A stretch of 64,000 nt of DNA, taken from a bacterium. Lineage in GTDB: Bacteria; 4484-113; JAGGVC01. Each line of letters opens with the position of its first letter. The first letter of the stretch is position 1. The position numbers and the translations under genes were made by a program. Where the stretch lies: positions 1,016-65,015 of the forward strand of contig JAGGVC010000099.1 of NCBI GenBank assembly GCA_021158185.1, read 5' to 3'. Of this stretch, positions 30,136-39,757 are shown in pieces. The notes under the pieces were generated by a model. That model did no database searches and was not told where the DNA came from. It saw nothing but the letters and a program-made list of their open reading frames with translations.

Positions 30136-30367
30136 ACCTTGATTTCCGTTGGGCAATTCCTGATTTTGCGCGTATGAGACAAGAAGCACATATTCCCGGA
30201 TCAGGTTATTACACGGATTCCTCTGTGCAAAGCGAAGGCGCGAACTGATTTTATCCTTATTGATAATGAATACATGCGATTGCGCGGCCGGGATACTTCG
30301 TCGGGTATTTCTTATGTTATTATTTCTCCTTGCCTTTTTTGGGCGAATACTGTGCGAGGGAAGCAGG

Positions 30368-32446
30368 ATGGCGCAAATACCCATTGAAAAGATTCGTAAC
30401 ATAGCGTTAACCGGTCATGGAGGATGCGGGAAGACAATACTTGCGGAAGCGTTGCTTTATGCCGCAGGTGCAACGACTCGGATGGGTAAGATCGAGGATG
30501 GAAATACCGTCAGCGATTACCATAGTGAAGAAATCAAGCGCGGATTCTCGATTTTCACAAGTTTGATTCCGTTTTCGACGGAGGAGCATCAGATAACAGT
30601 TCTCGATACGCCCGGTTACCAGGATTTTGTTGGCGAGATGCTGGCGGGACTTAGTGTGGTTGATTCCACGATCATCGTCGTCAACGGTCAGGCAGGAGTC
30701 GAGACTCAGACCGAGAAAGCCTGGGCGGTATGCGAGGATTTCAAGCTTCCGAAGTTGATTTTTATTTCCCAGCTCGAAAAGGAAGGAGCGGATTACTTCC
30801 GAGTGCTGGATGAGCTTCGAAAACGATTCAAATCATCCATCGCACCGTTTGTGATTCCTATCGGTGAACAGCAAAATTTCTCCGGGGTCGTTGACATCCT
30901 TACAGGGAAAGCCTTCTACGTGGAAGGCAAGAACGCCCGCGAGGACAAAGTTCCTGCTGATATGGCTGACCGCGTCGAGGAAATGCGGATGAACCTCATC
31001 GAGGCCATTGTTGAGAACGACGATGAGTTGATGGAGATGTTCCTTGCAGACGAGGAGATTCCTGAGGAACGTCTCATCGCGACGATGCGCTCTGCAACAT
31101 TGAGTGGAGCGCTTGTTCCATGCTTTGCAGGCGCAGCCGAGAAACTGATAGGCGTTCACCCGCTGCTGGCAGGTATCAGAGAACTTCTTCCATCCCCGAT
31201 CCACAAAGAAAAAATTGTGGGTACGAAGCCCGGTGGTGCCGGTGAGGAAGTGCGAAGATCGGATTCCGGCGAACCTTTCAGTGCAAGGGTGTTCAAGATC
31301 GAAGAGTCGGCAATGGGAAATCTGACGTTTTTCAGGGTTTACTCAGGATGTCTGAAGCCCGGAGACCAATTTAGTAATCCTCAATCCAGAAGTATGGAGA
31401 AAGTTTCTACATTGCTTCGCATGATCGGCAAGAATCGCGAGGATGTAAACGATGCTTTCGCGGGTGACATTCTCGCCACAGTCAAGCTCAAGGAAACGCG
31501 CCGTGGGGATACGATATGCGATAAAGATCATCCGATCGTTCTCCCTGGAGTCGAATATCCGCATCCGCTTGCCTTTGAGGCGATCGAGGTTGAGAGCAAG
31601 AGTGACCTTGAAAAAGTGTCTGCTGGTTTGAACAATTACTCGCAGGTAGATCCCACGTTATTTTTCGAACAGGATCCCGAGACTCGCGAGCTTGTCCTTA
31701 AGGGCATGGGCGAACTTCAACTCGATGTATACAGGTCTCTCGTCTGTGAAAAATATAAGGTGTCATTCGGTTTCAGGGAGCCGAAAATTCCCTACCGTGA
31801 AACAATCCGCGCGGTAGCAAGCGCACAAGGCAAGCACAAGAAACAGACGGGCGGACGAGGGCAGTATGGTGATGTCTGGCTTGAGCTTACACCCAAGGAA
31901 CGCGGTGAAGGCTTCGAGTTCAATAATGCGATTGTTGGAGGAGTTGTACCGGGTAAGTTCATTCCAGCTGTCGAAAAGGGCGTTGTCGAAACGATGATGA
32001 CCGGACCACTTGCCGGATGCCAAGTAGTGGATCTCCAGGTCAAGCTTTACGATGGAAGTTATCACAACGTCGATTCGAGCGAAATGGCATTCAAGACAGC
32101 CGCGAGTATCGGCTTTAAGTCCGCATTCGAGAATGCACGGCCGGTTCTTCTCGAACCCGTGTTTGCAGTGCAGATAACAGTACCTGAAGCATTCATGGGC
32201 GATGTTATGGGCGACATAAACAGCCGTCGTGGCAGACTTCAGGGAATGGACTCTCCGGCGCCGGGTGTACAGGTGATAAAGGCACATGTGCCGCTTGCAG
32301 AGCTCTATAAGTACGTTAATACACTGAGATCGATGACGCAGGGCAGGGGTAATTTCGAGATGGTATTCTCCCATTACGAAGAAGTTCCGGAGGAGATAGC
32401 ATCCAAGATTATTGAAGCCTACAGGAAGGAGCGAGAGGAAGGATAG
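30368..32446 (+). CDS. fusA: Elongation factor G paralog (EF-G2 type)
   Basis: GHGGCGKT, DTPGY.DF, KKQTGGRGQYG, DGSYH.VDSSEMAF, LRSMTQGRG. Switch I reads RGFSI, and the gene is outside an rpsL-rpsG-tuf context. Confidence 0.9.
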   Translation: MAQIPIEKIRNIALTGHGGCGKTILAEALLYAAGATTRMGKIEDGNTVSDYHSEEIKRGFSIFTSLIPFSTEEHQITVLDTPGYQDFVGEMLAGLSVVDSTIIVVNGQAGVETQTEKAWAVCEDFKLPKLIFISQLEKEGADYFRVLDELRKRFKSSIAPFVIPIGEQQNFSGVVDILTGKAFYVEGKNAREDKVPADMADRVEEMRMNLIEAIVENDDELMEMFLADEEIPEERLIATMRSATLSGALVPCFAGAAEKLIGVHPLLAGIRELLPSPIHKEKIVGTKPGGAGEEVRRSDSGEPFSARVFKIEESAMGNLTFFRVYSGCLKPGDQFSNPQSRSMEKVSTLLRMIGKNREDVNDAFAGDILATVKLKETRRGDTICDKDHPIVLPGVEYPHPLAFEAIEVESKSDLEKVSAGLNNYSQVDPTLFFEQDPETRELVLKGMGELQLDVYRSLVCEKYKVSFGFREPKIPYRETIRAVASAQGKHKKQTGGRGQYGDVWLELTPKERGEGFEFNNAIVGGVVPGKFIPAVEKGVVETMMTGPLAGCQVVDLQVKLYDGSYHNVDSSEMAFKTAASIGFKSAFENARPVLLEPVFAVQITVPEAFMGDVMGDINSRRGRLQGMDSPAPGVQVIKAHVPLAELYKYVNTLRSMTQGRGNFEMVFSHYEEVPEEIASKIIEAYRKEREEG

Positions 32447-32507
32447 ATTACCGATTTCGGCATCGCTGGGCTTCCGCTCGTGCCTAAATATCATTAGTGA
32501 TTACGTG

Positions 32508-32537
32508 AAAAAACGCCCCTGTTTCGGGGCGTTTTTC
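32508..32537. terminator. Bidirectional intrinsic terminator
   Basis: AAAAACGCCCC-TGTTTC-GGGGCGTTTTT between convergent genes. Confidence 0.88.
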
Positions 32538-32570
32538 GTATGCAGACTACATTATCAAAAAGTCCCGCGG

Positions 32571-34865
32571 CTAGCCGATCGAGGAAATCGGCTGGGTGGG
32601 ATCGAGATCGTCAGGATTTACTGGCGGATTCTGCTGATCGGGCGGAGGCTCGCCTTCGTCCGGCGGAATGTCCTCGGGAGGAGGCACAGTTACGCCCGGA
32701 CGACCATCAGGTGTAACCTCACCCGGACGTACGCCTGTACCGGCACCGCCCCGATAATCGTATTCGCCTTCGGGCGGGACTCCACCTTCGTATCGTGGAG
32801 GGGCTCCTCCTGTTGCTGGCGGACCCGTGCCTGGAATCGACGGAGCAAAGCCGCCTTCAGGCGTAGCTTGCTCCGAAATCTCTGTTGGAACTTCGGGCTC
32901 CGGTGGCTCGACATACATCGTCTGGATTGTTGAAAGACCGTCCGTGGGCGGAGGAAGCTGGTTGTCGCCAGCACTGTCCTGGATGTAACGGAAATTCGAG
33001 TCGGGCGATATGCCAAATCCTAATTCTTCCATATCCGGAGGTATCGGCATCCTGGCTTCGAACGAAATAGTAAACGCTTTACCGCTTCCCCTGACCGAAC
33101 GGATGATGTCATCTAGCGATATCGCCACGGTAACCAGCCCGCTAGACCTGTCCGGCTGAGCGTAGAAAAGAGTAACATCCCTGCCGCCGTCGAACAGGTT
33201 GCCGAGCTCGACCGAGCCAATATCGAAGTTATTCAGGTCGAAAGTGATACCGAGAAGCGAACGCCTGTAATCGGGAATATTCTTGACGTTGACAGCCACG
33301 TCGAGCGTGTCACCCGGTTCGAGGCCGTTTTCCGGCATCTCGTATTCGAGTTCGACCTTGGGCTGGGGGGTAAGCACCTCACAATCGAGCGCGGTCGGCT
33401 CCGTGAGTGGCACACCCTTGTTGTTTACGACAGTGAGGCTAATCGTGACATTCTCAGCCGTATCCGGAATCCAGCGGATAAACGGATCATCCGTTGTCAG
33501 CGAAACGAAGGTCTTACTTTCGAGCGCCAGAGCTTCCTCTTGGTCCCTGGTATCTATTTCATTCTGGATCTGGCTTTGGATATCGTCTATGAGTGCACTG
33601 CCCAGGTCGGTTTCATCATCGCCGAAAGTCTCCCAGGGCGTGGGCCACAGGCGGGAACCCGGTTTGCCGGAAGCTTCAGTCGCTTCACGATCCAACAGGC
33701 TTGCACCGACCGGCTCGTCCTCGACAGTTTGGGTATCCTCCGATTCGAATTCGACGTCGGCGGGCTCAGCTTCACCATCAGCCTCTTCTATTGATAGGGG
33801 ATCGCTTTTGGATTCTCCCTCATCAGCATTATCCGAATCGTCGGCTTTACTCTCGACTGCTGTGGTTTCGGATGAAACGCCTTCACCCGGTGTTTCAGCT
33901 TCAAATTTGGCGGATTCAGGTGCTTCATCTTCGTTTTTACCCGTTTCATCTTTATCGGACTCAACGGAATTATCTGTGGATCCTTCTGCTCCTTCGTCCT
34001 TCACGATTTCGACAGGCTGTGTTTCATCCGCATCATCTTCGAGTGCAAGAACGGCATATCTCACGCTTGGAGCGTTTTTCAGCCACGAGTTTGCGAGGAT
34101 ATTTCCGGTGCGACTGGAGGCGATTACTTCTCCGAGAGTGATCCCGCTCGGTGGCTCGACATTAGTTTCGGTAATTGCATCGGAAGGCAGCTTTTCACCA
34201 GGTGTTCTCGGTTCAGTTCTGTCGGTTTCACCTTGTAGTGCTTGAATCTGAGGAGGCGGAACGGGCTCGCCTTCCTTGAACTTGCCATTATCAATACTGG
34301 GAGTTGGTCTTGACTGTACGGCTTCATCGGGATTCACGGCACCCGGTATCACTTTGCCGTCAATAGTCTTTTCACCCGGTGGTGTCTCAGGCGTAACGCC
34401 CTCAGTCAAACCGGAAGGTGTTTCGGGCGGTGCGCCAACAAACTTTGCAGCCTCGGTAATCGAGGCGAGATGCTCCCTGTCTTTTTCAAGAACCGGCAGA
34501 AGCTTCCCGCTCGTTACGGTCCACTCGTACTGGACATCCTTACTGCTGGGATTGCTCACGAGAGCGTAAACGTTGTACGGCTGGTTGACTTCTATCTGCC
34601 CGACCTCCAGGCTTATCTGCATAATGGACACGGGAAGCTCCGAAGGCGTTTTGTTGGATGTTTCGTACTGCCCCTTGGGGTTGCCGTATTTTTCCGGTGT
34701 ACGGGTCTGTGTTCCGAAGTTCTTGTTGTAGGAAGGGTTAGTCTGAAGTGTATTGCTGGACGATGTACACGCCAGGCTGGCGAGAAGCGACAGCAATGAT
34801 ATTAACGCTATCAACACAAGTCCCAAATGTTTTCTGCTCATAAAGGAACCCATCCTTGCAACCAA
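32571..34865 (-). CDS. Lipoprotein with interrupted Ig-like domain, long acidic disordered region, cohesin-like domain and Pro-rich tail
   Basis: Lipobox SLAC; YEWTVTSG...WIPD...ISLTV; PGDTLDVAVNV...ITFD...GSGKAFTISF. Start uncertain (could be a later ATG). Confidence 0.7.
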   Translation of the reverse strand: MVARMGSFMSRKHLGLVLIALISLLSLLASLACTSSSNTLQTNPSYNKNFGTQTRTPEKYGNPKGQYETSNKTPSELPVSIMQISLEVGQIEVNQPYNVYALVSNPSSKDVQYEWTVTSGKLLPVLEKDREHLASITEAAKFVGAPPETPSGLTEGVTPETPPGEKTIDGKVIPGAVNPDEAVQSRPTPSIDNGKFKEGEPVPPPQIQALQGETDRTEPRTPGEKLPSDAITETNVEPPSGITLGEVIASSRTGNILANSWLKNAPSVRYAVLALEDDADETQPVEIVKDEGAEGSTDNSVESDKDETGKNEDEAPESAKFEAETPGEGVSSETTAVESKADDSDNADEGESKSDPLSIEEADGEAEPADVEFESEDTQTVEDEPVGASLLDREATEASGKPGSRLWPTPWETFGDDETDLGSALIDDIQSQIQNEIDTRDQEEALALESKTFVSLTTDDPFIRWIPDTAENVTISLTVVNNKGVPLTEPTALDCEVLTPQPKVELEYEMPENGLEPGDTLDVAVNVKNIPDYRRSLLGITFDLNNFDIGSVELGNLFDGGRDVTLFYAQPDRSSGLVTVAISLDDIIRSVRGSGKAFTISFEARMPIPPDMEELGFGISPDSNFRYIQDSAGDNQLPPPTDGLSTIQTMYVEPPEPEVPTEISEQATPEGGFAPSIPGTGPPATGGAPPRYEGGVPPEGEYDYRGGAGTGVRPGEVTPDGRPGVTVPPPEDIPPDEGEPPPDQQNPPVNPDDLDPTQPISSIG

Positions 34866-35047
34866 TTTGCTCCGCCCGTTGAAGAACGGACGGATAACTT
34901 GACGGAATTCAGGCGACCGTGTTCGATTGAGAGCCGCGAGAAAAACCGCTCCTTACCCACATAATTCTACCCTAACTTTGCAACAATTTAAGGTAGAGGA
35001 AGAGATTATATCAGGAATCTGAAATTCCTAATTCAAGCCTGGAAACA

Positions 35048-36172
35048 CTAGCGCGCCTTGCTGATGAATTTTTCTACAATGCGCGCGAATTCCTCTTCGG
35101 ATTCGCGCCAGTCAAACTTCTGTGCAAGCTCAAACGCCTTGTTTCCGAGATCGGCGCGTTTTTCGGGATCGCAAACAAGGACTTCAAGCATTTGGCGCGC
35201 ATCGGAGATGCTCTCGACAGGGCAGGTCACTGCTGTTTCACGATGAGCCGTGGAGTTGAATGCAACCGTTGGTAAACGCGCGAACGCAGCTTCAACAACC
35301 GGAAGCCCGAATCCTTCCCAGCGCGAGAGCGTTGCGTACACATCGCACAGCTTGTAAAGGGCTGCAAGTTCGTTTGGCTCGGGCGATTCGAATACGATCG
35401 CGCCCAGCTTCCGCAAAATTTCAATCGAACGTGCAGTGCCAATTCCGGCGAGGACGAGCCTGACATTGTGACCATTGTTGCGAACAGCTTCCACGGTTTC
35501 GGCAAGTTCCAGAACTCCCTTGTACGGATGGGAATCGTAATCGAGCCTGCTAACGCACAGGATGAGCAAAGGAGGTTCGGACTGCCCGCGATGCATCGAC
35601 TTAACCGCGTTGGCGAGAGAGTCGTCGGGTATTGGCAGATGGTTGCCGCCAGGGTAAACGATTTCGGTTTTTCTCTGAATTCTCGGCGGAAGCCTATCCT
35701 TGAGAAACCTGGAAATAGTGATGATCTGTTCATTGTGTTTCATGTGACGGATATCGCTTGAATTGAGATAGAGCCTGTTTAATCGGGTGATGAGTTTGAG
35801 TCCTTCCGTCGGTGGATTTCCGAAATGGAGATGAATCGTCGGGACACCGAGGATTTTTCCTGCGCCGTAAAATGGAAAACTGGCGGGGATAGCGATATCG
35901 ATTCTGTCGGGCGGTTTAAGCTCCAAATCGAGCTTTTTCAGCGTTTTACCCGCATCGGCCTCGAAGAACGGCAGAAACTTGTTTGCCTTGTCATTTGACA
36001 GATGCATGGGAGCGATTTTGTACGGTGTGGCGCTGAATGTCTCGGGATCTTGATCGAAGCAATAAACAGTAACGCGATGTGTGCGCGCGTCAAGAGCGCG
36101 CGCCCACCGATCAACTACGAGATCGACACCGAATCCCTTCTTCATCCTGATTGTAAAAAACGCTATGTTCAT
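35048..36172 (-). CDS. GT4-family glycosyltransferase
   Basis: SRWEGFGLPVVEA (E-X7-E) motif. Confidence 0.88.
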   Translation of the reverse strand: MNIAFFTIRMKKGFGVDLVVDRWARALDARTHRVTVYCFDQDPETFSATPYKIAPMHLSNDKANKFLPFFEADAGKTLKKLDLELKPPDRIDIAIPASFPFYGAGKILGVPTIHLHFGNPPTEGLKLITRLNRLYLNSSDIRHMKHNEQIITISRFLKDRLPPRIQRKTEIVYPGGNHLPIPDDSLANAVKSMHRGQSEPPLLILCVSRLDYDSHPYKGVLELAETVEAVRNNGHNVRLVLAGIGTARSIEILRKLGAIVFESPEPNELAALYKLCDVYATLSRWEGFGLPVVEAAFARLPTVAFNSTAHRETAVTCPVESISDARQMLEVLVCDPEKRADLGNKAFELAQKFDWRESEEEFARIVEKFISKAR

Positions 36173-36247
36173 CTTGCCTTCACTATGAATCTCGCTTTGC
36201 TGTTTCCCGAATCAAAGGCAGATTCCTGCATCAGCCCGCATCTTGGC

Positions 36248-37543
36248 TTACTCAGATGAGCCTTCATCATCCTCGCTGATCGATTCAAGCGTTGCCAGCA
36301 CATTCTCAAGCCGGTCGAGCTCTCTCCTTACGTCTTCGAAGTTGGATGAGGCGTGCCGTAGCTGGTTCGATGCCTTTCCGTAGCTTTCATCAACCCTGCC
36401 GAGCGCCGCCCTTAAAGCACTGAGCCCGTCGATTATTTTCCGGGCGTTTTCGTGAACCTTCAAACCCTTAAGCCCGAGAAGCAAGGTTTGGATGTACGCG
36501 TATAATACCTGCGGGCTTACCGGAATTACGCGCTTTTCGCGCGCGTGCGCGAGTACTCCGCTATCACCTCCCGCGATCGTCTCGTTCGTAAGAAGCTCGT
36601 AATACACGTTCTCAGCCGGTATGTACATCAGCGCAAAGTCGAAAGTTCCCGATTGTGGTCGGATGTATCCTGCAACCTTGTCGATATGACCCTTGATATC
36701 ACGTGCGAGCTGCCTTGCAGCGGTTTCCCTGGCGCTTTCATCCTCAGCTTCCTGGAGTTTTACGAAGGATTCCATCGGGAACTTGCTGTCGACGGGGACG
36801 ATGCCGTCCGGTAGCCTGATGATCGCGTCTACCAGGCCGCCGTCCGGAAGCTGATATTGGGCCTTCCATCGGTCGCTGGGCAGTAAATCCTTGAGCATGT
36901 TTTCCAGCAGAAGTTCGCCGAATCCGCCGCGGAGCTTCGGTGCGGCTAGGATATCCCTGAGTTTTCGAATGTCCACACCGACATTGAGCATCTGGTCGCT
37001 CGCGCTCTTGAGTTCGGCGAGTCTTTTCTGGAGTTCGTCGATTGATTGCTGGCTCGTTGCGAGTCTGGCATCTATGACCGCGTTGACCTCTTTCATCCGG
37101 TTATCAAGCGATTCTGTGGTCGTGGCCATACGCTTGTCGATGCTCGTAACGGTCTGTGAAATCGTGCTCTGAACCTGCTTCCCCAGCCCGTCGAACTTGT
37201 CTTGGATATTCTTGTCGGTGCCCGCAATTTCCTTGCGCGCATCGTTGAAGGTGCGAGTCAGCGTTTCGGAAAGACCGTCCAGGTTTTGGCGAACGATTTG
37301 CGTAGTTTCGGTCTGCGATTCACCGAGCGCTTTCGTGACCTTCTCGCGGATATCGCCGGTTTCACGCAGGAACGCTTCGGAAAGCCTGCGTTCCATATCT
37401 GTCACCTGCGACGATATGCGCGTCAATTCTTCGATTTCCCGCCCAGATGTGCGCCTTCGCATGAGTGCAATCAGCCAAACCTGAAGAATGATGATTGCAA
37501 CAGCAAAAACACCAAAGACAATACTGGCTGTAAGCGATTCCAT
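36248..37543 (-). CDS. rmuC: DNA recombination protein RmuC
   Basis: N-terminal TM, coiled coil, RGGFGE..LE, VDSKFP, DFALMYIPAE. Confidence 0.93.
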   Translation of the reverse strand: MESLTASIVFGVFAVAIIILQVWLIALMRRRTSGREIEELTRISSQVTDMERRLSEAFLRETGDIREKVTKALGESQTETTQIVRQNLDGLSETLTRTFNDARKEIAGTDKNIQDKFDGLGKQVQSTISQTVTSIDKRMATTTESLDNRMKEVNAVIDARLATSQQSIDELQKRLAELKSASDQMLNVGVDIRKLRDILAAPKLRGGFGELLLENMLKDLLPSDRWKAQYQLPDGGLVDAIIRLPDGIVPVDSKFPMESFVKLQEAEDESARETAARQLARDIKGHIDKVAGYIRPQSGTFDFALMYIPAENVYYELLTNETIAGGDSGVLAHAREKRVIPVSPQVLYAYIQTLLLGLKGLKVHENARKIIDGLSALRAALGRVDESYGKASNQLRHASSNFEDVRRELDRLENVLATLESISEDDEGSSE

Positions 37544-37670
37544 GAAGGTGATTATATCAGGTGCTGTAAACTGTGCGATGGGCTTTGAGCATTACCCCCT
37601 CGCTTTCAGGACAAAACGGTTGAAATAAGGTATGCGGATGACTCGGAACGCTGAAATGCTGAGAAATGAA

Positions 37671-38384
37671 CTACATTTCTATATCGAAATGATCTCTGTT
37701 TCTTTTGATGATTCTCTGCTTAATGGCAAGCTTCCGCACGAGAAGAAGCCCGGCGAAGAAACCTCCGATATGGGCGAAGTATGCAACCCCGCCGCCTGAC
37801 GAGCCGAACGAGCCCATCCCGTAGAAGATCTGGAAGAGTATCCACATTCCGAGGAACAACCAGGCTGGCACGTACACCATCCTGAAGAAGATGAAAAACC
37901 AGAACAGGCTATAGATTCTTGCTCGCGGGTAGCAGACCAGGTAAGCAGCCATCACGCCTGCAATTGCCCCGCTCGCTCCGACCATCGGCAAAGTGCTGAG
38001 AGGAGAGATGACAAGCTGAGACAGTGCTGCCGCAAGTCCGCATACGATGTAAAAAACGAGGAATCTGAACCTGCCCATCACCCACTCACAGTTGTCGCCG
38101 AAAAGCCATAAAAACCACATGTTGCCGAGCAGATGCAGTAAGCCACCGTGCATGAACATCGAGGTAAAAAGCGTGACCTGCACAGGCGCGCCTATTTCCG
38201 GCGGGATATCGCGGCCCGTTAGGATTTCACGTGGTATCGCCCCCCAGGAGTATACGCTTAGTTCGAAGCCGCCGGGATGAGTGACCTCAAGGAAAAAGAC
38301 GTAGATGTTCACGGCGATAATCGCCAGCACTACGATGGGTACTGCGTAGCTTTGATTTTCATCTCTCAGTGGAAAAAGAAACAC
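37671..38384 (-). CDS. Rhomboid intramembrane serine protease
   Basis: HGGLLHLLGNM, GDNCE, GASGA, AYFAHIGG. Confidence 0.94.
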   Translation of the reverse strand: MFLFPLRDENQSYAVPIVVLAIIAVNIYVFFLEVTHPGGFELSVYSWGAIPREILTGRDIPPEIGAPVQVTLFTSMFMHGGLLHLLGNMWFLWLFGDNCEWVMGRFRFLVFYIVCGLAAALSQLVISPLSTLPMVGASGAIAGVMAAYLVCYPRARIYSLFWFFIFFRMVYVPAWLFLGMWILFQIFYGMGSFGSSGGGVAYFAHIGGFFAGLLLVRKLAIKQRIIKRNRDHFDIEM

Positions 38385-38606
38385 GCCCCATTATAGCCCG
38401 AAACGGCATTGCGGGTATTTTCTGGAATAGAGATACTAATTGAGCAGTTTCATGCTAAGGAACAGAAAACGCGCGTTCATGCTGTGCTTTGCTAAGATTG
38501 CGTTGCCTGAAGATTGCTGTACAACTTCCTTAAGAAACAACGAGATAACCGCCTGAAGAAGTTGCAGTGCATCTCCGTGTGATATAATCCAAACTTGCCA
38601 AAACGC

Positions 38607-38635
38607 TTGACATAGCAGGTTATGCTGTCTAAAAT
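38607..38635 (+). promoter_or_regulatory. Sigma70 promoter of infC-rpmI-rplT-pheS
   Basis: TTGACA-N17-TAAAAT. Confidence 0.85.
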
Positions 38636-38667
38636 TTCCGCCCTTGTGGCCAAGCGGGAGGAAGTAG

Positions 38668-39207
38668 ATCGTTAGACAAAGAGTGAATCGGGAAATTCGG
38701 GCTCGGGAAGTCCGGGTTATCTCAGATAAGGGTGACCAACTTGGCGTTATGCCACTGATGGAGGCTCTGATTCTTGCAGAGGATAAAGAGCTTGATCTGG
38801 TAGAAGTAGCACCTAACGTGGATCCCCCCGTTTGTAAGTTGATGGACTTTGGAAAGCTCAAGTACAAGCAGAAGAAGCGGCAGAAGGAATCGCACCGTTC
38901 GCAGCAACTGAAGGAAATAACGGTATCGCTTAAGATAAGCGATCATGACCTTCAGACGAAGATCAGGCATATAATGAGATTCCTTGACCAAGGGCATAAG
39001 GTGAAGCTTAATGTCCATATGCGGGGCCGCGAGAAGGAGTATGCGCCAACGCTTGGAAGGCAAATGATGGAAAAGGTTACCGCTGCCCTGGGTGATCTGG
39101 GACAGGTGGAATCGAGAAGCAGTAGAATTGTCGGAAACAGAATTCACATGATTATTGCTCCCGGCAAAAGTGGAGATGGAAAAAATGCCAAAGATGAAAA
39201 CTCATAA
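38668..39207 (+). CDS. infC: Translation initiation factor IF-3, probable ATC start
   Basis: N..IRAREVRVI, LDLVEVAPN..PPVCKLMDFGK, HDLQTK; GGAGG-N6-ATC in frame at 38668. Confidence 0.95.
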   Translation: MVRQRVNREIRAREVRVISDKGDQLGVMPLMEALILAEDKELDLVEVAPNVDPPVCKLMDFGKLKYKQKKRQKESHRSQQLKEITVSLKISDHDLQTKIRHIMRFLDQGHKVKLNVHMRGREKEYAPTLGRQMMEKVTAALGDLGQVESRSSRIVGNRIHMIIAPGKSGDGKNAKDENS

Positions 39208-39385
39208 GGCGACTGCAAAGCGCATCAAGGTTACCGGAACAGGTAAGCTGATGCGGAAGCACTCGCGCGAAAGACACCTTCTACGCAAGAAGTCAAGCCG
39301 CAGAAAGAGGCGTCTCAGCGTGCCCGGCACGATCGCCGCATCCGATGTCAAGCGTATTCGCCAGCTAATTAGTCCGGGGTTGTAA
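39185..39385 (+). CDS. rpmI: 50S ribosomal protein L35
   Basis: MPKMKTHKATAKRIKVTGTGK; between infC and rplT. Confidence 0.96.
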   Translation: MPKMKTHKATAKRIKVTGTGKLMRKHSRERHLLRKKSSRRKRRLSVPGTIAASDVKRIRQLISPGL

Positions 39386-39388
39386 GAG

Positions 39389-39745
39389 ATGACAAGAGTA
39401 AAACGAAGCGTCGCAGGACGCCTGAAAAGAAAGAAGATCTTTAAGCTAGCCAAGGGCTACAAAGGTGTGCGCGGAAACCTTTACCGCGCTGCAAAGGAAG
39501 CGGTATTCCACGCGTGGCAATACGCTTATGTGGGAAGAAAACTCAAGAAGCGCGATATTCGAAGACTCTGGATAGCGCGCATAAACGCCGCCGTACGAGA
39601 ACGCGGGCTTAACTACAGCAGTTTTATGCGCGGCATTAAAAGCTCGGATATTGCACTCAACCGCAAGGTTCTTTCAGAACTCGCCATCCATCATCCAGAT
39701 ATCTTCGATTCTCTCACGGAAATAGCGAAGAGCAACATTTCTTAG
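39389..39745 (+). CDS. rplT: 50S ribosomal protein L20
   Basis: MTRVKR, AKGY, RRLWIARINAA, LNRKVLSELA. Confidence 0.97.
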   Translation: MTRVKRSVAGRLKRKKIFKLAKGYKGVRGNLYRAAKEAVFHAWQYAYVGRKLKKRDIRRLWIARINAAVRERGLNYSSFMRGIKSSDIALNRKVLSELAIHHPDIFDSLTEIAKSNIS

Positions 39746-39757
39746 GCGGGGTGCGGC

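Noticed and set aside
30260..30367. Hydrophobic N-terminal extension on EF-G
   Set aside because: Artefact of the longest-ORF call; homology starts at ATG 30368.
38640..38665. Possible L20 leader before infC
   Set aside because: The leader is only ~27 nt with one weak hairpin, too short for the known L20-binding structures.
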